IMG/VR virus record: IMGVR_UViG_3300020045_006153
Span: 289,234 to 353,233 of that record
DNA length: 64,000 nucleotides
Direction: 5' to 3' (one strand)
Source of the DNA: a virus
Taxonomy: Duplodnaviria > Heunggongvirae > Uroviricota > Caudoviricetes
Of this stretch, positions 9,629 through 20,715 are shown piece after piece. The position numbers and the translations under genes are program-made. Position 1 is the stretch's first letter. Each line of letters starts with the position of its first letter. The notes under the pieces were generated by a model. It was not told the origin of the DNA, ran no database searches, and was given only the letters and a program-made list of their open reading frames with translations.

Positions 9629-10831
9629 ATGTCTAATCCTTTTGTAAACTTTCTCTCTAGCATGGCCGACGGGTCAGGCGATATGCGTGATTATCAACAT
9701 GCTTCTAGGTTGTATGTAAACAACACATACGAGTTAGCACCTAAAGCAGGTTGGATTTATTATGTTGTGTTGAATATAAATCCAGCAGTTGCATCTGCTA
9801 TGTTAGATTCTAAAGTAGCAGCACAGTTTGCTACATGGCAATCTAGATACAAAGGCTCGGTAGGGCTATTAGCAAAGATGATCGATCTTCCTAAGTTTAC
9901 AATTCAAACAGAAACACTAAATCAGTATAATAAAAAAACAATTATACAGAAACAAATTATGTATAGTCCTATATCAGTTACATTTCATGATGATATGGCT
10001 AATTCAACAACTGATATGTGGAAATTTTATTATCAATATTATTTTGCAGACAGCATAAATTCTGGAGTAACTTCGTCTCCACTTAGTATTTTACCTAAAT
10101 ATATGGATTCGAAATATGCAGACAGTCAATCCGCGTATGGATTAAACAATAAACAATCAGTTCCTTTTTTTACATCAATTGATGTGTATCAATTACATAA
10201 GAAAAAATTTACTTCATTTAAAATTGTTAACCCTATTATTAAAGAATGGGCGCACGATAGTCTTGATCAAACACAAGGTAATCGAACATTAACAAGTAAG
10301 ATGACGGTTGATTATGAAACTATCATTTATAATACAAGTGCTGCAAATAAGTCAACTGAACAAAATCCTGGTTTTGGAACAGATCACTATGATAATACTC
10401 CAAGCCCTATTAGTGTTGGGGGAAACGGTGCTGTAAGTTTATTAGGTGGCGCGGGTGTGCTTGCTGGTGCAGATGATATTTTTGGTGATTTACAGAACTT
10501 AGATTCAATGAGTCCATTAGACATGATGAATACGGCACTAAAAGCAAATTCATTATTAAAAAATGTTAAGAACTTATCAGTTGCAGGATTAAAACAAGAA
10601 GGAGTAGGAGTAATCAATAATGCATTAGCAGGAATGGTATCATCTCCGTCTTCAGTAGTTGGGTTAGATGGCACCGTTACAAAAGTCCCTACTTCTGATC
10701 GAATAGGCGCTGGTGTAAGTTCTGCAATATCTGGTATTGCTGCTTCTTTTTCTCCAATTGGCATAAAACTTTTCAGTGGTGCAGGATCATTTGTAAATAA
10801 TACAACAGCAGCATCTCAAACAAAAACTTAA
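9629..10831 (+). CDS. Tail-tube-like baseplate/tube initiator protein
   Basis: DLPKF..NQYN..ISVTFHDD tube-fold pattern; follows tube gene. Confidence 0.55.
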   Translation: MSNPFVNFLSSMADGSGDMRDYQHASRLYVNNTYELAPKAGWIYYVVLNINPAVASAMLDSKVAAQFATWQSRYKGSVGLLAKMIDLPKFTIQTETLNQYNKKTIIQKQIMYSPISVTFHDDMANSTTDMWKFYYQYYFADSINSGVTSSPLSILPKYMDSKYADSQSAYGLNNKQSVPFFTSIDVYQLHKKKFTSFKIVNPIIKEWAHDSLDQTQGNRTLTSKMTVDYETIIYNTSAANKSTEQNPGFGTDHYDNTPSPISVGGNGAVSLLGGAGVLAGADDIFGDLQNLDSMSPLDMMNTALKANSLLKNVKNLSVAGLKQEGVGVINNALAGMVSSPSSVVGLDGTVTKVPTSDRIGAGVSSAISGIAASFSPIGIKLFSGAGSFVNNTTAASQTKT

Positions 10832-10834
10832 TAT

Positions 10835-11209
10835 ATGACAACACTTAGCAATTTGCCCAAACCAAAATCAACATCAAATTCTGATGCTACGTTGAAAGTA
10901 TTCAATCAATATTTTGATCTTCCTATTGAATTAAATAATACTGAACTAGTTGCAATGACTGGGTTTTTTGCTGCACGAGGGTTTGATGAAGTTGCTGCCG
11001 AATCTACAGCAATTACTATATTAACACAAGCAAAGAAAGATAATTTTAGTGGTATGCAAGTTATGGACACATTATCTGGTCTTGATACAGTGAGTATTAG
11101 TAATCTAGTTGCAGAAATATTAAATTTTAATAGATTTAAAACTAGTATAATCGGAGTTACACAATTAAGCACTCCTTCTGCAGAAGTAATTCGGAATATA
11201 GTTGCATGA
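10835..11209 (+). CDS. Hypothetical virion-module protein
   Basis: 124-aa ORF coupled to next gene. Confidence 0.6.
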   Translation: MTTLSNLPKPKSTSNSDATLKVFNQYFDLPIELNNTELVAMTGFFAARGFDEVAAESTAITILTQAKKDNFSGMQVMDTLSGLDTVSISNLVAEILNFNRFKTSIIGVTQLSTPSAEVIRNIVA

Positions 11210-11643
11210 GTTTAAAATTTAGTCAAGGTAACTATACAGTTAAGAATCCTGAGAAATATATCGGCCTAGGAGTTCCGCGATATCGTTCATCTTGGGAACT
11301 TTCTGTTATGCGTATGTGCGATGAAAATCCTGCAATTAATCAATGGGCTAGCGAAAGCGTAAAGATTCCGTATAAGGACCCATTGACTGGTAAAGCAACT
11401 GTATATGTTCCAGATTTTCTTGTAGTGTTTATTGATAAAAATCAAAAGAAACGTGCTGAACTTTGGGAGATTAAGCCTGCTAATCAAGCATTCAAAGAAA
11501 ACGTCGGCAAGAATAAGTATAATCAAGCACAGTTTATTCGTAATCAGATAAAATGGGCAGCGGCTCAAAATTGGTGCAAACAAAATAATGTCCAATTTAG
11601 AATTATAACGGAGAGAGATCTCTATCATACAGGCAAGAAATAA
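11206..11643 (+). CDS. Head completion nuclease (T4 gp4/TnsA-N-like)
   Basis: NPEKYIG..YRSSWE..WASE..IPY..YVPDF..EIKP..KW.AA..F.IITE. Confidence 0.88.
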   Translation: MSLKFSQGNYTVKNPEKYIGLGVPRYRSSWELSVMRMCDENPAINQWASESVKIPYKDPLTGKATVYVPDFLVVFIDKNQKKRAELWEIKPANQAFKENVGKNKYNQAQFIRNQIKWAAAQNWCKQNNVQFRIITERDLYHTGKK

Positions 11644-12116
11644 TGACAAAACGATTAGAAGAGATTTTAAATATTGAACCAATTACTGAGAAAATAATTC
11701 TTCCAGTAGATGCTCCTCAATTGAAACCTATTAATTTACAAGATAAGTTAGAAGAATTTGATAAAATTGCAGCCGCCCTGCCGCGTGTTAAAGGCCTTGG
11801 GGATATGGCTGACGACGAACTCGATACACTTGCAAAAAAAGCAGAACAAGCATACGACGATCTTATGGATTTAGGAATGAATGTTGAAGCAAAATACGGT
11901 TCAAGGATGTTCGAAGTTGCAGCAAGTATGATGGGCCAGGCAATTGCTGCAAAGAGTGCGAAAATAGATAAAAAACTTAAGATGGTAGAATTACAACTTA
12001 AAAAACTTGCGATTGATAAGAAAAACGGTACAACCGACGAGAATGAAGTGCAAGGAGAAGGGTATATTCTTACTGATCGTAACAGCATACTTGAAAAACT
12101 TCGCAACTTGAAATAA
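11643..12116 (+). CDS. Probable terminase small subunit
   Basis: Helical 157 aa, RMFEVAA motif, upstream of large terminase. Confidence 0.5.
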   Translation: MTKRLEEILNIEPITEKIILPVDAPQLKPINLQDKLEEFDKIAAALPRVKGLGDMADDELDTLAKKAEQAYDDLMDLGMNVEAKYGSRMFEVAASMMGQAIAAKSAKIDKKLKMVELQLKKLAIDKKNGTTDENEVQGEGYILTDRNSILEKLRNLK

Positions 12117-12139
12117 ATAAAGCATAGGATATTAACATC

Positions 12140-12733
12140 ATGAACAAACAGTTTAAAGACTACTTAACAGAAAGTGCAAAAAAATACGAGTTCCGTATTA
12201 AAATTGCTGGCCCTGTTACATCTGAACAAGAAAAAACAATGGAAGCATTGTTAGGAAAATTTCAAGTTTCTGGATTTAAAAAAGCCGGAGTTACTCCAAT
12301 ACAGGAATTGCCTTTAGATTTTCCTAAAATTAAAAATTCCGAAGTACACATTTACGAAGTTACTTTAGATTATCCAAGTACACAATGGGAACTACACGAA
12401 TATCTTTGCTCAAATTCAAATATTGCAAAAGAATCGTTAGTAGTACGTCGCCCTGGCGAACCATTAGAAGAATATCAAAAACCTGTTGAAAAGCGAGAAG
12501 GTGCGTTGTTAACAGATAGCGAATACAAAGAATCTCCAAATGCAAATATGGACGATTATTATGGTGACAAATATAACACCGGATTTGTAAAAGAATTAAA
12601 CGATATTTTAAAATTACAACGTAAAGCACAAGGACAGGTAATTCCTGAAACGGCTGATGTAAAATATAGCACTGATGCTGCTATTAATTCCTCTAGTTTG
12701 CTAAAGCAAGCACAAAATCCAAGAAAGAAATAA
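12140..12733 (+). CDS. Hypothetical protein (FKDYLTES start typical of head-associated proteins)
   Basis: TAAATA promoter, RBS, intact ORF. Confidence 0.6.
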   Translation: MNKQFKDYLTESAKKYEFRIKIAGPVTSEQEKTMEALLGKFQVSGFKKAGVTPIQELPLDFPKIKNSEVHIYEVTLDYPSTQWELHEYLCSNSNIAKESLVVRRPGEPLEEYQKPVEKREGALLTDSEYKESPNANMDDYYGDKYNTGFVKELNDILKLQRKAQGQVIPETADVKYSTDAAINSSSLLKQAQNPRKK

Positions 12734-12734
12734 T

Positions 12735-14381
12735 ATGAACATGATTAATTTAATGCAACGTCTTGCAGAATTAGACGCAAAAAATCCTAAAATTGTTAAA
12801 GAGGCCGCATGGGAATCTCCTGAAGAAAAAGATGAAATTGCAAAACATACTCAAAATTTTAAAACAGCACATGCATCAGGTGATACAGCAGGCATGGAAC
12901 AACATCGTAAAGCAGTACAAGTTGCCCGCGAAAAAGCAAGAGTAGCAGCCGGCCCGCGCGACTACAAGTCTGGTGGACCACCAGAGGGCTGGCCATTAGA
13001 TGAAAATACTCCAGGGCGCATTAAATATGACGAAATGCGAAATAAGATTGTTAACGTAATTATTAAATTATATGATCAACCAGGCGCAACAGCAGAAACT
13101 ATTAAACAGATGGGGGATCGTGTTGCAACTCACTTAGGTTATGATCCTGAAGATCCTATTTTTCAAGATGCATGGATTGAGTCATTTACTGATGCAGATT
13201 TATCTGGTGCGTTTGATAAAGAGCCAGAAGATGATTATACTGATTACAGCATGCGTCAAGGCGAAAGAGGCAATCCGGATCAACGAGATAGATGGAACGG
13301 CGATGAACAAGGCGACGACATGTACGAAACAAAAGGAAATCAAATGGAAAATTTAAATTTAGCAAGTCTAAGAATGCTATCAGGCATTAAAACAAAAATG
13401 AAAGAATGTGGTATTCCTATGTTAGGCGGCATGTCGGGTCAGTCGAGTATTCCTGCAAGTATTACTGCAACTGCTGGATCTGGCCGCGAACTTAGTGATA
13501 TGCTTAAGGACATTATGTCATTAGCGGGTGTTAAGCCGGTTACTCAAAATGATATGCCTATTGAACCAACTGCAACTTCGACGCCTGTAGCAAAAGTTGG
13601 CCAACCTGATATGAAAGATTTAATGGCAATGGTTACTGACGAGCCGGACGCAGAAATCGATGGGATGAATGACGGTGATGATTTTAGTCAAGACAATGAA
13701 CCCGAAGATGAAAGTTTAAGCGGTTCTATTGCAGGCGGCACAATTGGTGCAGCAGCAGGTGGACCAATCGGTGCAAAAATTGGATCAGAGATCGGTGATG
13801 AATTAACTGACGAAGACTGGACAATGGATAACGATGTCGAAATGACAGGCAAGATTGAAATTAACCATGGCAACCGCCCGTATGATAATAGTCCAAGCGA
13901 GAAAATGGGGCAAGACGGAGTTCGCCAATTTGGTGATATGGGGGCCGGCGGAACAGGCGATAGAATGGACGGCAATGCTCCTAAAGCACAAGCAACTGAT
14001 ATGGCAGAATCGTTATTTGCACAGTATAAGAAATTTGTTGCAGAAGCAGGTCCTGATAAGAAAGATGTTCCAGCATGGAAACGTAAGGAAAAAGGCGGTG
14101 ATTGGAAAGTTTCTAAATCTGATTTAGAAAAAGAAAAAGATAGTCGTATTAGTGATCCTAAAACACTTGCAAAGAATAGTGGTAAGAAAGTAGATGAAGC
14201 GGCTGATAAACGTGCAGCAATTCAGGCTAAGTTAGATAACGCAAAAGCAAAAGCAGAAGCAAATAGGAAAGCCGGTGGTAGATTATACCCAATTGAAGAT
14301 ACTGATGCAGAAATTAAAAAGCATACAGCGGCACTAAAGGCATTAGGCGAAAGTAAAAAATCGACACAAGGTAAACTATAA
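12735..14381 (+). CDS. Acidic low-complexity hypothetical (possible internal head) protein
   Basis: 548 aa, D/E-rich, followed by terminator. Confidence 0.6.
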   Translation: MNMINLMQRLAELDAKNPKIVKEAAWESPEEKDEIAKHTQNFKTAHASGDTAGMEQHRKAVQVAREKARVAAGPRDYKSGGPPEGWPLDENTPGRIKYDEMRNKIVNVIIKLYDQPGATAETIKQMGDRVATHLGYDPEDPIFQDAWIESFTDADLSGAFDKEPEDDYTDYSMRQGERGNPDQRDRWNGDEQGDDMYETKGNQMENLNLASLRMLSGIKTKMKECGIPMLGGMSGQSSIPASITATAGSGRELSDMLKDIMSLAGVKPVTQNDMPIEPTATSTPVAKVGQPDMKDLMAMVTDEPDAEIDGMNDGDDFSQDNEPEDESLSGSIAGGTIGAAAGGPIGAKIGSEIGDELTDEDWTMDNDVEMTGKIEINHGNRPYDNSPSEKMGQDGVRQFGDMGAGGTGDRMDGNAPKAQATDMAESLFAQYKKFVAEAGPDKKDVPAWKRKEKGGDWKVSKSDLEKEKDSRISDPKTLAKNSGKKVDEAADKRAAIQAKLDNAKAKAEANRKAGGRLYPIEDTDAEIKKHTAALKALGESKKSTQGKL

Positions 14382-14397
14382 GTAGGTTTACTATCAG

Positions 14398-14424
14398 ATA
14401 GCCTCTTCGGAGGCTATTCTTTTC
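14398..14424 (+). terminator. Intrinsic terminator (UUCG loop)
   Basis: ATAGCCTC-TTCG-GAGGCTAT-TCTTTT. Confidence 0.85.
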
Positions 14425-14437
14425 TGTAAATAACAAT

Positions 14438-16027
14438 ATGGCAACAAGATCACTCGATGGCAATTTAATAAAAAAAGCCAATATTAACTATCGCTGGACA
14501 GCACAGCAAGTTGAAGATTTAGCAAAATGTCAGGATCCCGAAACAGGACCTGCGTATTTTCTTGAAAACTTTTTCTTTATTCAGCATCCTACTAAGGGTA
14601 AAATTCAATATCAAGCGTTTGATTATCAAAAGGATTTACTAGACAGTTACCATACAAATCGTTTTAGTGTAAACATGCTAGGACGTCAGATGGGTAAAAC
14701 GACCACTGCGGTAGGTTACTTGTTATGGTATGCAATGTTTGTAGATGATAGTACGATCCTAATTGCAGCGCACAAATATACAGGCGCTCAGGAAATTATG
14801 CAACGTTTACGTTATGGATATGAAACATGCCCGGATCATATTCGTGCTGGTGTGACTGAATATAATAAGCAAAGTTTAACATTCGAAAACGGATCGCGTA
14901 TTGTTGCACAAACAACAACAGAAACAACTGGACGGGGTATGTCTGTTTCTATGTTATATTGTGACGAGTTTGCATACGTAGAACCAAATATTGCAGTTGA
15001 ATTCTGGACTTCTATATCGCCGACACTTGCAACTGGTGGTAAAGCAATTATTACATCTACTCCAAACAGTGACGAAGATCAATTTGCTCAAATTTGGAAT
15101 GAAGCAAACAAAAGATTTGACGAACATGGAAATTCCACACACTTAGGCAAAAACGGATTTCATCCATTTATTGCAGTATGGAGTCAACATCCAGATCGTG
15201 ACGAAGAATGGGCAAACGCAGAACGTAGTCGTGTCGGTGTTGAACGTTTTGAACGTGAACACGAATGTAAATTCTTAATCTTTGATGAAACTCTTATTAA
15301 TGCTATAAGTTTGTCGGATTTAGAAGGTGACGAACCTATTATGAAAATGGGGCAAGCACGTTGGTATAAAAAAATTAACCCTTTATCAACTTATATCGTT
15401 AGTCTTGATCCATCGTTAGGCACCGGCGGCGACTATTCTGCAATACAAATCCTCGAAATTCCTTCAATGGAACAAGTATGTGAATGGCATCATAATATGA
15501 CTCCTGTACAAGCGCAAGCTCGTATTCTTCGAGATTTATTAAAACAAATTGATATGAAATGTTCTGATGCAGGGGTAACTCCTAGTATATATTACTCTGT
15601 GGAAAATAATACAATTGGTGAAGCAGCATTAGTTGCAATTAACGAGTTAGGGGAAGAAACATTGCCTGGCTTATTTCTAAGCGAACCAATTAAGAAAGGA
15701 CATGTACGTAGATTCCGCAAGGGATTTAATACTACGCATGCGGCTAAAATTAGTGCTTGTGCAAAATTAAAACAACTAATTGAAACCCATAGTTTAAAGA
15801 TACATAGTAAGTCGCTAGTAAGTGAACTTAAGACTTTTGTTGCAAATGGCCTTACATATAAAGCCAAAACCGGGCAGCATGATGATTTAGTTGCTAGTTT
15901 ATTACTTGCAATTCGTATGATTATGATGTTACAAGATTGGGATCCGAGCATTTACGATAAAATGAGAGATCACACCGGGTTAGAAGAGCACGATTTACCG
16001 TTGCCTATATACTTTAGTTCTTATTAA
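14438..16027 (+). CDS. Terminase large subunit (T4 gp17-like)
   Basis: RQMGKTT, LYCDEFA, ITSTPN, LDPSLGTGGDYS, HDDLV. Confidence 0.95.
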   Translation: MATRSLDGNLIKKANINYRWTAQQVEDLAKCQDPETGPAYFLENFFFIQHPTKGKIQYQAFDYQKDLLDSYHTNRFSVNMLGRQMGKTTTAVGYLLWYAMFVDDSTILIAAHKYTGAQEIMQRLRYGYETCPDHIRAGVTEYNKQSLTFENGSRIVAQTTTETTGRGMSVSMLYCDEFAYVEPNIAVEFWTSISPTLATGGKAIITSTPNSDEDQFAQIWNEANKRFDEHGNSTHLGKNGFHPFIAVWSQHPDRDEEWANAERSRVGVERFEREHECKFLIFDETLINAISLSDLEGDEPIMKMGQARWYKKINPLSTYIVSLDPSLGTGGDYSAIQILEIPSMEQVCEWHHNMTPVQAQARILRDLLKQIDMKCSDAGVTPSIYYSVENNTIGEAALVAINELGEETLPGLFLSEPIKKGHVRRFRKGFNTTHAAKISACAKLKQLIETHSLKIHSKSLVSELKTFVANGLTYKAKTGQHDDLVASLLLAIRMIMMLQDWDPSIYDKMRDHTGLEEHDLPLPIYFSSY

Positions 16028-16039
16028 TATAAATACAGA

Positions 16040-18172
16040 ATGATGAACGCAATTGAACTTATTTCCCAAGACCTGTTTGATAAAGTTAGAAGCCGTTATT
16101 CAAACCTAGAAATGGGCGACGAAGATGGAAATTCTACTTCAGATCCTAGAGGCGCAAGATTTTTTGATTTTGATTATACAATCGAAGGTAACAACTTAGG
16201 CCGTGTAAGCATTTCAATTAATGAACGTGGAGCATTAAAAGTATTTTATGGACAAGGCATATTAGAAGATGCTGATCCTATTACACAAGAAATGTGGTTT
16301 AATTTTTTAAAAGAAATGCGTAATTTTGCTAAACGTAGACTATTGCGATTCGACACACGCGATATTACTAAAGCAAATCTAGATAAAACCGATTTTCAAT
16401 ATCTCGCCTCAACTGGCTCTAAGGAAGACACTATGTCAGAAAATAAAATGTTTGGTAGCAGCAAAAGTAGTTACTTACCAATGGAAAAAACAAAATTAAT
16501 CATTCGCCATAATAAAGCAGTTGATGAAGAACAGCGTGGCGCTCGCAGCCGCGGCAATAATATTAGTTCGATTTATATTGAAAATGCAGAAGGTGAACGT
16601 TTTAAATATCCGTATGTACATTTAGCAGGGGGCAAGGCTATGCAACGTCACGTTGCTAACGGTGGCCGCCCGTATGATGAGCATGGCCAAGCAATCATTA
16701 AGATGAGTGAACAAATTGCTCAATTAACTGCATTTAAGCGGCACGTTGGTCACCATGATTCAATGCACAATGAAGCAAATGATATTATGGAGAAAGCATC
16801 AGTAAAGTTAGAAACATTACGTGGGCACATTAACAATTTAAGTAAGCAAGGGCATTACCAAGCATGGAAAGAGTCGTTTGCTTCAAATGGTGAAGCAGAA
16901 GAAATGGTAATGGATCAGGCTACTATGGAAAATTACAAAAGTAAGTTTACAGTTAGCACATTTTCAGAAGATTTAACTCAATATTTTCCATTAATTTATT
17001 CTATCATGCATGAGGCCGGCGATGTAGATTTAGATGATTATGTAGGTGAAAGTGGTCACGGCGCCGAATGTAAAAAATGCAATTGTGATCCATGTGAATG
17101 CAATAAAAAGAAAGTTGACGAATTTGCATCATTTGAATCATGGGCAAATGCATTAGCAGAAGGAACAATCGGACCTGATACTATTGCTGCATTAAAAGAA
17201 TTACTAGGTAATGAAAAATTTACTTTAGGAGTTGATGGTACAAGTGCAATCGAAGCACTCGAAGGCATTGGAATTACTGATAATGAATTAAATGATGCAC
17301 TAATCAAACTAGCAACACTTAACCCTAAAGCAGATCCTATTCCTACTATTAGCGCATGGATTACTACAGTTGATCCAGCAGCAGCGCAGCAATTAGGATT
17401 AGATCAAGATCAAGCAACTGCTGAAGAACCAGCAGAGGATATGGCCGATAGTCAAGAACAGCGCCCAGAGCCTAGCATACGCGAGATTGCTGAAATGGTA
17501 AAATCATTTTATGATAGAGAAACTGGTAATTTTCCATTAGGCGAAACTGGTGTTATTACTAAGATTAAGAAAGAATTAGGCGATAGAGCAGGAGCATTGG
17601 CCGAGAGATTAGTACAACATTTAGCAGCACAATCTGGGCAACAATCTAATGATCACGAAGTTGAAGAAAGCGGACCTTGGGACCATGTTGAATATGCACC
17701 CGGCGACCGCGCAAGATTATCACCAGATGATATCAATAGACAAAATAGAGCAGGTTCCCCAGACAATTCTAAAGTTCCTATGATACGTGATAAACACGGT
17801 CGAATGATACCTGATCCATTTGCAGCAAAGAAAGCAGCAATGGCACATGGTCGCGTAGGGCAATATGAAGGAGCAGTTAACGAAATGTCTCCTGAGAAAT
17901 TAGGCAAATATGTTAACAAAGCACAATGGCAACATGATTCATTAGAACGCAGAAATGCAATGAGCACTAAGAATCCAGGCCCTGGCAGTCTTGGAAAGTT
18001 CTCTAAGAATGAGAAAAAGCAAATGAAACGTAAATCTGGAATTGAACAGGCTAAGAATAAAATTGCAAATAAGGTATCTGAATCAGTTGACACAACTAAG
18101 GCTGCATTAACTGAAAGCATTGATAATAAATTGTTTAACGACATAATGAAGTTATCCGGATTAAAGAAATAA
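16040..18172 (+). CDS. Large hypothetical protein
   Basis: 710-aa ORF after TAAATA. Confidence 0.65.
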   Translation: MMNAIELISQDLFDKVRSRYSNLEMGDEDGNSTSDPRGARFFDFDYTIEGNNLGRVSISINERGALKVFYGQGILEDADPITQEMWFNFLKEMRNFAKRRLLRFDTRDITKANLDKTDFQYLASTGSKEDTMSENKMFGSSKSSYLPMEKTKLIIRHNKAVDEEQRGARSRGNNISSIYIENAEGERFKYPYVHLAGGKAMQRHVANGGRPYDEHGQAIIKMSEQIAQLTAFKRHVGHHDSMHNEANDIMEKASVKLETLRGHINNLSKQGHYQAWKESFASNGEAEEMVMDQATMENYKSKFTVSTFSEDLTQYFPLIYSIMHEAGDVDLDDYVGESGHGAECKKCNCDPCECNKKKVDEFASFESWANALAEGTIGPDTIAALKELLGNEKFTLGVDGTSAIEALEGIGITDNELNDALIKLATLNPKADPIPTISAWITTVDPAAAQQLGLDQDQATAEEPAEDMADSQEQRPEPSIREIAEMVKSFYDRETGNFPLGETGVITKIKKELGDRAGALAERLVQHLAAQSGQQSNDHEVEESGPWDHVEYAPGDRARLSPDDINRQNRAGSPDNSKVPMIRDKHGRMIPDPFAAKKAAMAHGRVGQYEGAVNEMSPEKLGKYVNKAQWQHDSLERRNAMSTKNPGPGSLGKFSKNEKKQMKRKSGIEQAKNKIANKVSESVDTTKAALTESIDNKLFNDIMKLSGLKK

Positions 18173-18318
18173 TCGGCTAAACGACTCCTATAATTAGCAG
18201 CCATTTATGTTGCGATGATAAATAAAACTGTGCATAATAATGTTATGCACAGTTTTTCTTTTAGTCAGTTGGCTTTAAGAGAGCGGCACATAAAATTAAA
18301 TTATTAAGGAAAATCATT

Positions 18319-19323
18319 ATGGCAACTTTAGCAGAAATCAGAGCAAAGCTTCAAGCATCATCTCAGCAAAACACCGGCGGCTCGGCAGGTGGAGACAACG
18401 CAATTTACCCCCACTGGAATATCGCAGAAGGACAAACCGCTACATTACGCTTCGTACCAGATGCAGATCCAAACAACACCTTTTTCTGGATTGAACGTGC
18501 AATGATCAAATTGCCTTTCGCAGGTGTTAAGGGCGAAGCAAATTCCAAACCCGTTACTGTGCAAGTACCTTGTATGGAGATGTGGAATGAAACATGTCCT
18601 GTTCTTACAGAAGTACGTCCTTGGTTCAAGGATAAATCTTTAGAAGAGATGGGTCGTAAATACTGGAAGAAAAAGTCTTATCTTTTCCAAGGCTTTGTTG
18701 TTGACAGTGCTTACAAGGAAGATGGAAAAGTTCCAGAAAATCCAATCCGCCGTTTTATTATCGGCTCTCAAATTTTCAACATTATCAAAGCAGCATTGCT
18801 TGATCCTGATATGGAAGAGTTGCCAACAGATTATGTCCGTGGTGTTGACTTCAAGGTAGTTAAAACAAGCAAAGGTGGATATGCTGATTACTCTACTTCG
18901 CAATGGGCTCGTCGTGAACGTGCACTTAGTGAAGATGAATTGGCAGGTGTTCAACAATATACGCCATTTGACTTGAAGAGTTTCTTGCCTAAAAAGCCAG
19001 GAGAAGTTGAACTTAAGGTTATCAAGGAAATGTTTGAAGCGTCTGTCGACGGCGAAGCATTTGATATGGAACGTTGGGGTCAATACTACAAGCCAGGTGG
19101 ATCTTATACACCTGCAGGCGGAGCGGCAACTCCTGCAACTCCAGCAGCAACTCGTCCTGCTCCGGTAGCAGCAGCGCGTCCGGCACCTGCCGATGATGAA
19201 GATATGGGCAATGCAGTAGATAAAGCCGAAGAATCTTTTGCAGCACCAGCAGAAGCAGCACCAGCAGCAGCAAGCTCACGTGCACAAGACATTCTTGCAG
19301 CAATCCGTAGTCGTAACAAGTAA
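18319..19323 (+). CDS. ssDNA-binding protein (T4 gp32-like)
   Basis: LRFVPD, CMEMWNETCPV, GYADYSTS; flexible acidic/Ala tail. Confidence 0.9.
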   Translation: MATLAEIRAKLQASSQQNTGGSAGGDNAIYPHWNIAEGQTATLRFVPDADPNNTFFWIERAMIKLPFAGVKGEANSKPVTVQVPCMEMWNETCPVLTEVRPWFKDKSLEEMGRKYWKKKSYLFQGFVVDSAYKEDGKVPENPIRRFIIGSQIFNIIKAALLDPDMEELPTDYVRGVDFKVVKTSKGGYADYSTSQWARRERALSEDELAGVQQYTPFDLKSFLPKKPGEVELKVIKEMFEASVDGEAFDMERWGQYYKPGGSYTPAGGAATPATPAATRPAPVAAARPAPADDEDMGNAVDKAEESFAAPAEAAPAAASSRAQDILAAIRSRNK

Positions 19324-19327
19324 TTAA

Positions 19328-19362
19328 AGAAGATAGGGAGAGAAATTTCCCTATCTCTTTTT
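19328..19362 (+). terminator. Intrinsic terminator
   Basis: AGATAGGGA..TCCCTATCT-CTTTTT. Confidence 0.7.
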
Positions 19363-19393
19363 AGCACCATCACGATTATAAAAAGGAAATAAA

Positions 19394-20452
19394 ATGGCAA
19401 AATCATTTGATATTAGTAAGTTTAGGAAGTCAATCACAAAGAGTATTGATGGGTTGGGCATTGGATTCAACGACCCAACTGATTGGGTGAGCACGGGTAA
19501 CTATGCATTAAATTATCTCATTAGTGGATCTTTTGGTAAAGGCATTCCGCTCGGCAAAGTTACAGTATTTGCCGGAGAAAGTGGCGCAGGCAAATCGTAT
19601 ATCTGTTCAGGTAACTTAATTCGTAATGCACAAGAACAAGGTATTTTTGTTATCTTAGTTGATAGTGAAAATGCGCTTGATGAAAAGTGGCTTATTGATT
19701 TAGGAGTTGACACAAGTGCAGAAAAGTTGTTAAAACTTAATGTAGCAATGATCGACGACGTAGCAAGAACTATCTCTGAGTTCATGAAAGAATATAAAAC
19801 AATGGATTCGGAAGACCGGCCTAAGATTTTATTTGTAATTGACTCATTAGGTATGTTGCTTACTCCGACTGATGTAAATCAATTCGAAGCAGGTGAAATG
19901 AAGGGCGATATGGGTCGTAAGCCAAAGGCACTAACTTCGTTAGTTCGCAATTGCGTTAACATGTTTGGATCATATAATGTTGGCATGGTATGCACTAATC
20001 ACACCTATGCATCACAAGATATGTTTGACCCGGATGACAAAATTAGTGGCGGTCAAGGATTTATCTATGCATCTTCTATTGTAGTTGCTATGCGTAAATT
20101 AAAACTTAAGACTGACGCCGACGGTAACAAGACTACAACAGTGAATGGTATTCGTGCTGCATGTAAGATTATGAAAACTCGATATGCAAAACCATTCGAA
20201 AGCGTCCAAGTAGAAATTCCATACTCGACTGGAATGAGTCCGTTTAGTGGATTAGTTGACCTTGCAGAAGCAAAAGGATTACTAAAGAAAGAAGGAAACA
20301 GTCTTGTTTATACTACTCACGATGGCGAAATTATTAAACAATTTCGCAAGGCATGGGAACGTAATGAGAAAGATGGATTAACTATTATGATGGCAGAATG
20401 GACCGATGTCGATGTAAGTCAGATAACTAATGAAGCCATTACTGAGGAGTAA
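19394..20452 (+). CDS. uvsX: RecA-like recombinase
   Basis: GESGAGKS Walker A, VDSENALD, VIDSLG, NHTY, SGGQG. Confidence 0.92.
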   Translation: MAKSFDISKFRKSITKSIDGLGIGFNDPTDWVSTGNYALNYLISGSFGKGIPLGKVTVFAGESGAGKSYICSGNLIRNAQEQGIFVILVDSENALDEKWLIDLGVDTSAEKLLKLNVAMIDDVARTISEFMKEYKTMDSEDRPKILFVIDSLGMLLTPTDVNQFEAGEMKGDMGRKPKALTSLVRNCVNMFGSYNVGMVCTNHTYASQDMFDPDDKISGGQGFIYASSIVVAMRKLKLKTDADGNKTTTVNGIRAACKIMKTRYAKPFESVQVEIPYSTGMSPFSGLVDLAEAKGLLKKEGNSLVYTTHDGEIIKQFRKAWERNEKDGLTIMMAEWTDVDVSQITNEAITEE

Positions 20453-20457
20453 TAAAA

Positions 20458-20715
20458 ATGGAAGATAGTTTAATTATGGAAATGTGGGATTTATTCATTG
20501 AATATATTCCGGAAAAAAACAGAGAACTAGCAGCAAGCCAATATGTAGAGTTTTTACTTGGCCAAGGATTTGAAATAGATACGTTGGAAGGGTTTATGGG
20601 ATATGATCCACATATGGACTCTGCTATTAAGATTGTCGTAGATGCTGAAAAAGTCGATGACGATTATGATGACGGAGAGAACGAAGCAGGATACGACGAA
20701 GAAGAGGATTATTAA
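20458..20715 (+). CDS. Acidic hypothetical protein
   Basis: 85 aa with RBS. Confidence 0.6.
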   Translation: MEDSLIMEMWDLFIEYIPEKNRELAASQYVEFLLGQGFEIDTLEGFMGYDPHMDSAIKIVVDAEKVDDDYDDGENEAGYDEEEDY

